DNA of 64,000 nucleotides, taken from contig OY253670.1 of the NCBI GenBank assembly GCA_958009085.1, positions 496,001 through 560,000 of the forward strand, read 5' to 3'. Below, piece by piece: positions 35,530-46,486 of this stretch (position 1 is the stretch's first letter; each line of letters opens with the position of its first letter). The DNA comes from Protoeuglena noctilucae. Lineage: Eukaryota. Position numbers and translations under genes: made by a program. The notes under the pieces were generated by a model, which made no database searches, had not been told where the DNA came from, and was given only the letters and a program-made list of their open reading frames with translations.

Positions 35530-36667
35530 TCATGGCACCGATTCCAGCTGCTGCCGTAAACCTGCGAGCCCCGCACACCATGACCATGCCGACCCCGCAA
35601 ACTCTTCCCTCCCCACGACGCAGGTGCTGCCGCTTAAGGGTTTCGCCCGCGCGCGTCTGATCGGCGCGGCGGTGGCCGCGTGCGCCCTGGCCGGCCCCGG
35701 CCCTTCAGCCGAAGTCACGATGGGCTTCACGCAGACCGTCTTGAGGGAGCGCGTGTTCGATGACCAAATGGGCCAGGCGGTGTCCAATACGTCCGCCGCG
35801 CTCCTCGCCTTTGCGACGTTCGAGGTGAGCCTTTCCTGGCGCTTCAGCAGTTGCACCCCACCACCGCATGCGGCCATCTCAGCCATGGTGCTGTCCTGCT
35901 CATGCAGGTTGCATCCATCCTCTTCCATCTCTTGCGCCTCCTCGGCGCCACGGGCGTCGTCCTGGCGGCCCTCGCCTCCATCTGGAGCACGTTCCCAGAG
36001 CCCTTCATCTTCGGACCTGTTCCTAGCATCCGTGACGATACCAGTGCTTTCCTCTCCACTACTCCCGCGGTGCGCGCTGCGCTGCGGGCTGCCCTCACGC
36101 GACCCGCGCAATGCCAACAACATTGAGATCGACCTACCTCACCTCGCGCGTGCCCCGCAGAGTCTCTCCACCCTTTTCGTGATCGACCAGAGCCTCGCGT
36201 CCGCCTGCGCGCCCCACCTGTGGTCTGCGTGGGAGAGCCTCTTCCACGCCACGTCTGCCCTGCTCCGCCTAGCCCTGTCGCCCCTCAGTTCCATCCTCTG
36301 GTCCCTCTGCGGTCGCCGCTCGCCCCACCGCCGCTGCCAGCCACGCCGCGTCCGGAGCCGCCGCTCCAAGCACGGGCGGCCCATGCGAGCCCCGTGCGCA
36401 CCCCGGCGTGGCTCGCGCATCTGGGAAGTGTCCGTCTATCTTGGCAACCTCGGCATGTCGATCATCCACAGGAACGCCGCCCTCCTCAGTCCCAGGTACG
36501 TGCGGCCTCCATGCGCGCATCTGTGCACCACCACTGCAACCAGTCGGTGGTGACTGCGTCGAAACCCCGCCCCCCGTCGCGCACCGCAGTTCCACCCAGT
36601 CGGAGAGCCAGCAGGCGGATGCCCACTCCCGATGGGGTCGTGAGTCGACGTCCGCCCCAGCAGCCAA
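35530..36667 (-). CDS. Hypothetical protein (exon structure unresolved)
   Basis: Charged, coding-like minus-strand ORFs at 35530-36123 and 36139-36420 with a GT donor at ~36142. No recognisable domain. Confidence 0.3.
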
Positions 36668-37092
36668 AGCGGAGTCGGTAGCCCACGTGGGCAGGGGCGC
36701 GCCCTTTGCAGGGAGTGCCGCACTGGGCCCCCCCTGGCGGCACTCGCGGCGGTCGGGGGCGGGTCAGGTCGGGGCGTCGGTGCAAGAGGGCGTGCGGCGG
36801 GGGCGCCCGTGGATGGCGCCACCCGGGGTGGCGTGGGGCAGGGCAGGGGCGGGGGTCAGCGGGGGCATGGGCGTGCCCTAGCAATCCTGCTCGAGTATCT
36901 GTGACCTAGTCCTCGTTTATCCGTTCAAATCGTGACTCGTATCGCAACTAGTAGTATCCAGCAAAGCGTGGCGGACTGAAACAGTGCGCAGGAAACCGGA
37001 AGAGAGCAAGCTATCGGGCGCAAGAACCGCCCGCCACTGCGGCGGTGCGGCGGTCCCTCAAGGGTCAGCCGTCGCCGGCGCGGTCCCTCATC

Positions 37093-38060
37093 TCAGGCCG
37101 ACGAGTCGGTGGAGGCCTGCGACCCCGAGGACGAGCGGCGCTCTCCAAAGGTCGAGGACGACTCCTTGCTGCGGTTGAACTCCTCCCAGATCGAGAGGGG
37201 CTTCTGCTGGTCGGGGCCGACGTCGGGGTTGTCGGAGCGGGGGCCGTACCGCGTGGAGGTGTTGAAGTTCCTGCCGGGGTTGAAGACCTCCTGCCACACA
37301 TAGGGCTTGGTCGGGCTCGTGGGGGAGCGAGGGGCGCCCTCGTCATTCCTGAGGAGCAGCGGGGAGCAGCGGGCGACGCGATGAGCGCATGCGACCCCGC
37401 AAGTGCTTGCGGGGAGCGCGCGCTGCGCCGGCGCTCACTTGGGGGCCCGGCGCGAGGAGCCGGACGTGAGCACGTTCAGCGACGAGCCCGTGGTCTCTTC
37501 CCCGATCTGCTCGACGACATTCTCGTAGCCGAGCGAAAAGTCCTGCGAGCGATTCTTAGTACGTTTAGGATTGCGAGCCACGGAGCGTCGCGTCGACGAG
37601 AGCGCGCGGGGAAGGGGACTCACGTTGAACGATCCGCTCGGGTGCAGTGACCCAAGCTTCGCGTCCGGTTTGAACAGCGAGCGCAGCATGACCGCGTTCC
37701 ACTGCGTGCGGGCGGTGAGCGGCCGGCCCTCGCGTGCGCGCGATACGGTCGTCGAAGGGCCCGCAGCGCCGTACCAACCGAACGAGCAGAACGCTCTCAT
37801 CCCCATCGCTCCGCACGGCGCGAGTGCGCGCTTGCGCCATTGACGCGCATTCAAACTGGAATCTCGCCACGAAAAGTCCGCCGATGCCCCATAGCGCGCG
37901 GCTCACCCGTGGCGGTTGGGCGTGCGACCCGGGGAGAGCTTGGAGGTCGAAGCGGGAGTACGTGAGCGTCGAGCGCCAGATGTCCTACAGAGCTGTCAAA
38001 TGTGATCCTTGTTCATGCGGGAAACGGCCTTTCTTTGCATGGCACCACCTTCCCTGACAT
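37093..38060 (-). CDS. Dormancy/auxin-associated (DRM1/ARP)-like small protein, 5 exons
   Basis: Phase-consistent model MSGK|DIWRS..|WNAVMLRS..|DFSLG..K|NDEG. The C-terminal PRSPTSPTKPYVWQEVFNPGRNFNT resembles the DRM1/ARP motif TPTTP..VWRSVFNPGSN. Confidence 0.6.
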
Positions 38061-38416
38061 GGGGCTCGCCCCAGCCTCACCGCGTTCGTCCGGATCCCGA
38101 CGGCGGCGCTGCGAGCCAATCGAGTTTCTTTCATCCTGCGTGCCCCCGTCGCCCCGCTCCCGTGATATCGCGTCCTTGAGGCTCTCTGCTCCCGCGGCCC
38201 CGCCACGACCCAAGCCGCGCTTCTCCGCCTCGCCACGATCATCGTGAAGGGGACATCGTCATGACAGGGGACGATGTGCCCGACGCGGTGAGCAGGGCGA
38301 CGAAATTCCCTCACGGGCATCTCCTTCAACTATCTGCGGCCGGGACCCTCGCATTTCGTCACGGAGGCCGTCCAACTAAGCGAGGGCGGTCTCCCGAGGC
38401 CGCAACGCCGCAGCGG

Positions 38417-40474
38417 ATGCCTGCCCTCAGGGCGCGCCGGTGCCGTTGTTGCTCTCGGAGCTGTCGCGCGGCAGCGGACCCCTGCGCGTGCCGATGGGTT
38501 GTCTGGAATATCGTGCGTGGTGCGGAGACGGCGCGGAGTGACTTCGCGCCCGCAGGGCCACAGGAAGGACTGGGGCGTGGATGTGGAGGAGGAGCGGGAG
38601 AATTTCAAGAAACTGCTGAAGCAGCGCGGGTGCGGCGCACGCCGATGTCGCTCATGTCCGCGAGCAGTCCCTCTGCGGGGATGCGCGCCCCAACTTCCCC
38701 CCCGGGGAGGCGCGCCTTCCTGCGCAAGGTCCCCGCGGTCGTCGCCCCTCCTCGCAGGCTGGCGATTCCTCCGGAGATCGTCATCAAGGGCGACGTCGAC
38801 TGCACCGTCGATCGGTTCCTCAGGCAAGCGAGCGGCGGCGCGGCGGGGCGGGAAACGCCCACGCCGGGCGTCTGCTAACGCCGGCGGAGTTAGGGAGCGC
38901 CCTCCGCTTGCCCATGGGGGCCGCGCCGTTCATCGCAGGGCGAGGAAGTATGACTTGGACGCGTCGTTCAACATGCTGGAGGCGTCGGTGGGCTGGCGGC
39001 GGCAGGAGGACATCAACAAGCAGGTCTCGCACCCGCTCAGCGCGCAGAAGATGCTCGTCATCCGCAAGTGTCGCCCGTCCTCGTACGTGGGCTTCGACAA
39101 GTTAGGCCGCCCCGTGGTGAGGGCCCGGGACGCGCCGGGCCTGCGATTCCCGCCGGCGACATCTGTCGTGACATGCCGCCCCGCCCTCTCCTCTTTCCCC
39201 AGTACGTGGACCGCGTGGGGAAGCTGGACCAGCCCGCCATGGAGGCAGCGGGCGTGACGGAGGACGACTACATCAAGTACCACATCCTGGAGATGGAGTT
39301 CTTCATGCGGTGGCTGCTGCCCACCGCGTCGGAGCGGTCGGGCCGCACCGTCTTTACGTCCATGAACGTGGTAGACGTCACGGGCCTGCAGCTGACCATG
39401 TTCACCAACAAGGTGCGCACCATCTTCCGTAGCATGGCCAAGATCGATTCGGACAACTACCCCGAGACCATGGGCAACACGTTCATCTTCGGCGCCGGCG
39501 TCGTGTTCCAGACCATCTGGAAAATCCTCTCGGTGTTCGTGGACCCCTACACGCGCTCCAAGGTGACGGCCACGGAATGCACCCAAGTGTTGCATGGTGC
39601 ATGGAGTTGGTGCGGGCGACTTGCCGACGCGCGTCGCCTGCGAGCACGCCCTTGGCCTGCCCTCCTCATGCCCGGGCACCGCCGCGCGCAGATCCGGGTT
39701 CTGGGTTCCGGGAAGGAGGCCATCGGCCAGCTGCACCAGTTCATCCCCAGCGATGTCCTCCCGACGTTCTTGGGCGGCCGCGTGGACTTTGAGGTGCAGC
39801 GGCGGCTGTGGGCGCAGAAGTTCGACCAGTGGCTCGAGTCCGAGGTGAGAGGCCGTCTTTGTGCGCAGCCTGGGGTGGGCTGGGAGACAGTGGTGCCTGC
39901 AGTCTGGGTGGCGGCGTGACGGGTGGTGGGAGAGGCCTGTCCGCAGGCGCGCAAGGCGGGGCACACGTGGATGGACGCGGCGACGGCGCAGCACATGAAG
40001 GACTTCTACGAGGGCAAGAGCCTGGCGCTGCCGCCCGAGGCGCGCCGCGCGGGGGGCCCCATTATGCGCCGGCGTCGGTCCATGGCCCGGATGGGCGGGG
40101 AGATCGCCTACTTCGACGACGACATGGGGGCGTCGGACGTCATCCGGTGAGTTTCGCGGGTCTCCTCGGTCTGCTTACGCCATGGCTGGCTGGGTCGGTG
40201 GGCGCGAGCGCTGCGGCGCATGTCGTCACGCCCCGCCGCCCGTCTTGGCCTGCCCAGGGAGACGCGCAAGATGGGGATCCTGTGGCAGATCGCGTACGTC
40301 TTCCTGTGGCTGCTGACGCTGGTGGGGCTGTACAGCAAGAAGCGGTTGCGGCGCGCAATGGGCGTGGAGGAGTACCTGCTGGGGAGCGACCTCGACGACG
40401 TGCCGCACATCGAGGTGTCGCGGTCCAGGACCGGATCGAATCAGCAGCGCCGGGGCTGCTGCACGGTCATGTGA
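38417..40474 (+). CDS. SEC14/CRAL-TRIO lipid transfer protein with a C-terminal transmembrane helix
   Basis: RFLR|ARKYD across the GC-AG intron 38824-38938; GFDKLGRPV|YVDRVG; IDSDNYPETMG; LPTFLGG; terminal TM segment ILWQIAYVFLWLLTLVGLY. Start uncertain. Confidence 0.9.
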
Positions 40475-40760
40475 CGCGGGGGATGCGGAGGCACAAGCAC
40501 CGCAAGCATGGCGGTGGCGACGGGAGATGGAAGATGGGGCGGGGCGGCCTCATCTGTCGGGGACCTCAGCGGGCATGTCCGGGAGTGACGAGACTGGAAT
40601 GGTTTCCCGCCTAGTGTGTTGCCGTCACTGGGCGCACATTCAAGCACCATAGCACGCAGCGAGATGCGTTTCCAAATCGTGCTTCGTTCCACGGCGCCAA
40701 GGCGACCGCCTGTGTCTGCGGAGCTGCTGCGGGACGTGGCCGGCTCGCTCTAAGGTGCGA

Positions 40761-42127
40761 TTATTGGCTGGCCCCATCCGCCGGGGGCTTGCTCACGGCG
40801 AACAGGATGAAACGGTTGAAACGACGGCGACGGAAGTCCCTGCGGCCAGCCGGGGTGGTGCGGGGAGTGTGCTTTGGAGATCACACGGCTCCCCGCAGAG
40901 CAGGCGGGGCGCGGATGGACGTGGCACGTGAGGCAAAACTCGCGCATGTTGTCTTGCTGCCGACTGTGACTTTGCGGGAGCTCACCGCAGTCCCACGGCC
41001 TCGAACAAATCCCTCAGCTCCTCCTCCGACCACCAGCGGTACGCGCTGCGCTCCCCGGGCGCCATCCCCGCCATCGCGTGCAGGGGCCGCGCCAAGTCCG
41101 GACCCAGGAAGTCGTCGAGCGGTGCAGTGGGCACCATGAACGTCGACGCGACGAACACCCCGCCCGGCGCGAGCACCCGGGAGATCTCCACCGCCGCAGC
41201 AAGCGGGGCTGGCCAACAGTGGATGGCCGCCCCCGCGTGCATCCCAGCCACCGACCCCGTCGCAAACGGCTGCCGAGACACGTCCACACGCACCAGCTGC
41301 ACCTGGCCTGCGGGGTTAGGAAGTCTCAGGCCACTGCTTTCATCGACGAAACGCGCTACGCTGAGCAATTGCCATGCACGCGCCCCCGCTCTGGGCCCCC
41401 CTCACCTCGGCTTTCGGTCCCCATGGCAGCGAGGTACTCGTCAGCCTGCCGCAGCATGCTCTCACTGAAGTCGGCGGCCACCACCCGAGGGAACTTGGCG
41501 CTCGCGATCAGCTCGCGGGTGAAAAGGCCCGACCCGCACGACATGTCGACGACGGGGGAGCCCCAAGCGGGGCGGAGGAACTCGAGAGCGATGCGAGCTT
41601 CCTCCTTGACGCCCGGGAACCCAGCCCACGCGAACGACTGCCTCCATCCGCGCTCGTAAGCAAAGCTGACAAGGGGGCTGCGGAAGATTTGCGTCCCTGC
41701 CCACGGCTGGTCGCGGTAGGCCCCCGTGCCGACCGTAGAGCCGATCGTGAGGTCCAGGTAGGGCCCCGATGCCGTGAACGAGGACCGGCAACGCTCGCAT
41801 CGGCACGAATACGCATTCCCGGCGAAGGGCTCGTGGCAGATGGGGCAGGCGAGCTGGAGGTCCGCTGATGTAGCGGTTTCGGCAGCCTGCAAAGTGGAAG
41901 ACAAGCTCGATGATACGATCCATACGTGCAGGCCCTGTCTTCTGCGATTTGGCCTGGCCTGGGCTCGCCTGAGCACGTGTCCGGACTGCGAGCCTGTGCT
42001 CGCTACCGGGGCCCGCGAGAGGCGTGCGCGCGGGTCCGGAGCAGAGCCGAGTTAACGGCCTCCGTGCTAACCCTGCGCGCCCCGCCAATGCGACGCCGTG
42101 CGCTTGGGACGGCATGGAAAGTGCCAT
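40761..42127 (-). CDS. Plastid-targeted SAM-dependent methyltransferase (At2g41040/UbiE-like)
   Basis: Transit peptide ending VRTRA; LACPIC; FRSPLVSFAYERGWRQSF..GFPG; DMSCGSGLFTR; HAGAAIHCWP; EISRVLAPGGVFVASTF. The first intron, 41968-41887, is GC-AG. Confidence 0.9.
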
Positions 42128-43145
42128 GTGGTGCCCAAAACGTTCACGCAATCGGCTCTGATCTTCAGCGCCGTCTCCCCTCAGCCGCGATGATGTCCGC
42201 TGTTCGTGACTGAGTGGCTGCGGCGATAGTCTTGATCACCCAGCGCTGGACGGGAGCCAAGGGGTCGCCCTGTGCCAGACTTGCTATGTCACCAGGGAAC
42301 ACAGTATAACTGACGTCGGTGGCCTTCTTCCTGCTATGAAGTGCGCCGTGAAGACGACGGCCGCGGTTGTGCGGGTGCTCGTTCGCCCTCACATGGGCCC
42401 GGCAAAAAGTCGAAGCCGTCTTTTCTTCCTTCGTCGCTGTGTCGAGAGCTTCAACATCCTACTTTGCCATAGCTGCTTCCGTGGCTAGCGCGCCGCTCAG
42501 CCGTGCACCGCACACGCGTTTCCCAGCCACCGAGGTGGCGACCATCGCGCCAAAATGGCACGAGATATCGTCAAGACCGTCGACTCGCAAACGAGCGTTT
42601 CGACTCTCCGCGATATGGTGCGCTCGGCGCCCTCCCTGAGGCGTCCCTGCAACGCCACATCTTGTACCTGCGACATGGGTTGTTGAACGACCCGAAAGAT
42701 GCACACGCTTTCGGTTTAGTAGGGGCATCTGCAGTCGCTGATTCAACCCCATGCCTCACCCTGTCGACGCAGTCGCTGCTGTCGTCTGGTGCTCCCCGCA
42801 GCTTGCGGACCGACCACCCCCCCGGTGCGCATGCTGCAAGGCGGAATCTTGCATCGAATCGAGCTTACCTGCGTTTCATTCGATTCCATGCAATCAGGCT
42901 TGCGCTTTGCACGCCTCGTGCGCGTTCCGGCCGGCAAGGGCAGCATTCCGCATGGATGCGACGTGTAGCGTTCCCACGGTTCGCGCAGGGTTTCACCGTC
43001 CTTGGGAGCAGCTGCACACGATCGACGATGTTAGTGTGAGATCACAGGCACACAGCCCACAGGCAAGGCACAAGCGCGCGGCGCGGCCTGGGGCTAATGC
43101 CGGCAGCCCTTGCGACTGCAGCTTTGCTCCCGATGCTCTGTGCAG

Positions 43146-44381
43146 GCCGCCACGCTACAGGGCGTGCACGTGACGCCGAGGGATGGGCTGGAGCGCACAG
43201 CACCGCCCCGGGCGGGGCCCCGTCCACGCCGGGAGTCGGAGGTCGTCGCCATCTTTGACCGCAATGGGACGAGGAGCGGGGAAAGCAGCCCCCAAACGCC
43301 GGGCTCGCGGTGGCTCGTCCCCCACACGTGCGCGAGCCGGTCGTGGGGGCGCGTTGCGGTGCTGGCCCTGGCGCCCCTGCTCCTGGTGGGGGGCGTGGCG
43401 TTGGCCATCATGGGAGGACGCGCCATCGCAATGCAGGTGCGAATCGGCGCGCTGATACTCACGCTCTCTAAGAAGTTGTCGGGACAGCTGCTGACACGAC
43501 CACCGTGACACGTCGCCTGGATTGCGAGGACAAAGTCGGGTGCCCAAGAGTTCCCGGAGCGCTGAGGGGACTGCGAACGTGAGACTAAACCTGTGCACCA
43601 CAGACCGCGTGGACCACGCGCAACTACCAGGAGGCGACGTGCCACATGTCGGGCTCGACCACGCCGGGCCAGTACAGCGTGGATGGTCAGACGTTCTACT
43701 GCTGCGATTTCAAGGCCGTGGCTCAGCCCAAGAAGGGCGGCCAGGCAGTCGCACTTAATCTGCAGTGAGGGCGGCGATGGCGCTGTGATCACCGCGTGCC
43801 GTGCTCGCGCTCTTCAGTCTGCTGAAGATAGCTGTGCAACCGTCGCCCCTCGCTTGCAGGCGGGAGGGCTGCAACGTGGACCCATCCGCAGCGTGCAGCC
43901 CGTGGAATACGCAAGCATCCGGCTTCTCATGGGACTGCTGGATCAACACGTCGTTGAAGCAGAGCGACATGTTCCAGTGCCAAGTGACGCAGGTGCGCCC
44001 GCAGGTGGCGAACATGAGGCGAGCGGCTTTGCTGTGCGCAGTTGAGTGCCCGGTGGCTCCGTATGCGCAGTTGGGGGATGGAACGTACGCGGAGCATCCG
44101 TCGTGCAACGCCCTGACAGGTGGGCGCCACCGCTGCGCCACAGCAACGTCTCCTGGTTGCCCCCTGGGTGACCATCTGTGATGTGTGATTGCCCCACAGA
44201 CGAAGATTACCGCACTCTGTCGAGTCGCGCCAAGAACAACACCAGCCGCCGAGACGGGATCCTGATGCTCGCTTGGGGCGTTATCATCTCCTTCCTCATG
44301 GTCTGCTCGCTGGGCTGGCTCCTCTTTGTCCCACACGACTTCCTCAGGGGGCAACAGAAGCGCTCCGACACCCTTTGCTGA
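43146..44381 (+). CDS. Two-TM membrane protein with a Cys-rich extracellular loop (5' end unresolved)
   Basis: TM1 VAVLALAPLLLVGGVALAIMGG; loop WTTRNYQEATC..FYCCDF..GC..C..SWDCWIN..C..C; TM2 ILMLAWGVIISFLMVCSLGWLLFV; phase-consistent GT-AG introns. Confidence 0.65.
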
Positions 44382-44679
44382 GTCTGACAGAGTGCCAGAA
44401 ACGTATGGGCCGCCTCCCCTTTCCCTCGTCGACGGGGCCCAGCTGACCCAATAGCAACCTTAGCAAGCCAACCTGCACCAAATAATTTGAGCCTGCCGCC
44501 TCTCGCGCCGCTTTCCTCGACGAACCCCGCTAGGCTGCCCACAAACCCAGAGCACGCTCCGGTCGAGCGATGCGGGCGTGAATTGCAATCTTTGGGCGTC
44601 GAACGACCAAGGGGACCTAGCGACGGCCCGAGAGGCGTTCAGGGGCCTCCGCGGGACCTGCTCGCGTTGCGGACGAAAG

Positions 44680-46225
44680 ATGCGCTCGGCCCCGGCGATC
44701 CTCGCGGCCACCGTTGCGCTGCTGGCTCTGAGCGCGGCACCATGCTGCTGTATTGAGGCGGACGCTGGAGCTGGAGCGCTGCGATGGCAGGACCGGTGAG
44801 ATACCGGCGGACAAAGGCACCGGCGAATGCTTGAGGTCTCCCGGCGCGCGGGCCGATGTGCGGCAGTCTTTCTGATGCAGGTCTGAGTCGAAGGAGTATA
44901 TGGCTGCACGACTCCAAGCATCGCGGGCGCTGGCGCAGGACGCGCCTGTCCCAGCCGAGCCAACCCCGGCACCGACCCCGACGCCACCCCCGCCCCCCAA
45001 GTTCTACCCATCCGAGTACCCCACCACATCGAGCGACAACCGGCTCCGCAACGCCGTCATGGTCATTCTCCTCGTGGGGGGCGGGGCGGGGGTGTACTAT
45101 GTGTATCAAAAGCTGTGGTCGGGTCCGCAGCAACACGGGCGGCGGGGACCTGGGGGTGGGGCGTATCACGAGCTTGCCGAGGTGCGCCGGTGCTGGTGCT
45201 GGTGGGGTGGGCAGAGGTCCAGGGCGCACTGACTGCGACTGGCTCGCTTTTGACGTCATCTGGCAGAGACTCTATGTCCATGTTTACACTCGGTGACTTG
45301 TGCATGGCGCCTGCAGCACCCGTGCCACATCTTGCGCAACCACTCTGGCTCTTGCAGGTGGGCCGTGACGGTGGCGACGACGAGGAGTCGCAGTTGCTGG
45401 GGAGGGAAGAAGCGCCCTCCGCGGAGGTAGTGCCGGGGCGGGGGCGGGGTTTGTTAGGGAGGCTGGGTGTCCCCGCGAAGGGCGGGGACGGCAACGGGCG
45501 GGAGCCGGCGCTGGGAGGCTTGGGCAGCTGGGGTGGCGCGGCAGGTGCGGAGGGAGCGGTTCGGGGCGGGGTGTGCATGAGTCCAGCGCGTGTCCGTGAA
45601 TGATAAATGACCTGTCGCTGCGGTGCGTGCAGGGGATATGGAGGAGTCGGGCACGGGGGCGTGGGGCGGGGACGGCTGGAGGCAAGTGGATGGGACATCT
45701 GCAGAGAACAAAATTCATTCTTAGCCCTGTAAGAATGAGATGGAGTTTTTATTTGCAGACACATGCCAACCGTGCACGTGGGCCCCTGCACGCAGCGATG
45801 AGGACGAGGACGACGAATGGGGTCCCATCGACACGGCCCCACAAGCATCGGCAGCCACTGCAGCCACGGCCAGCGCGTCGCCCGGGACTGCCGCCAGGGC
45901 GGGCTTGGCGGGCGTGCGGCCTGCGTCGACGGGGCGGTCCCCGCTGGGCGGCGCGTCGCCAGTTGCGGGACCTGGGGCGGGGGCCCCGTCAGCGGCCGCT
46001 GCAGGCGCGGGCCGGGGGCGCCTGGGCCTCGCGGGCGCGTCTGGCGGCGTGAATCGGGAGTCTGCTGGGTCTGCCGGGCCCGGTGCTCGGGCCAGCAGCT
46101 CAGGCGGTGGGAGCGGGGCGGGGGCGTCGAGTGCCGGGGTCGCAGGGGCGAGCGGGGCGGGTGGCGAGGCGGGGGAGCACAAGCGACCGACGGCGCCGCT
46201 GCGCCTCGGCGCGAAGAAGCTTTGA
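44680..46225 (+). CDS. Type I membrane protein: signal peptide, Pro-rich stalk, one TM, cytosolic tail
   Basis: MRSAPAILAATVALLALSA; TM AVMVILLVGGGAGVYYVY; tail with YHEL, GDGWS|DEDEDDEW (GC-AG intron 45682-45795), ending LRLGAKKL. Confidence 0.7.
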
Positions 46226-46486
46226 AGGCCTAGCAAGTGGGGCTGCGTGATGTGAGGCGGCTGTGGTGTGTTCGACCATGCAGCTGGCATCCTTGGCGAT
46301 TGCATTGCTTCATTCGCGACTCTGGCGCCGCTGTTTCGGGCCCCGCGCTTTGCGCTGCGACGATGAATTTGGCAACAATGGCATCATCTTACTGGCAACC
46401 AGTGGGACTGGGTCAGGTACAACTGTGTTCGTGCTACGCTGAGCACAGCTCAGAGCAAAAGCCTCTTCCAGGGCTGTCTCAATCAC

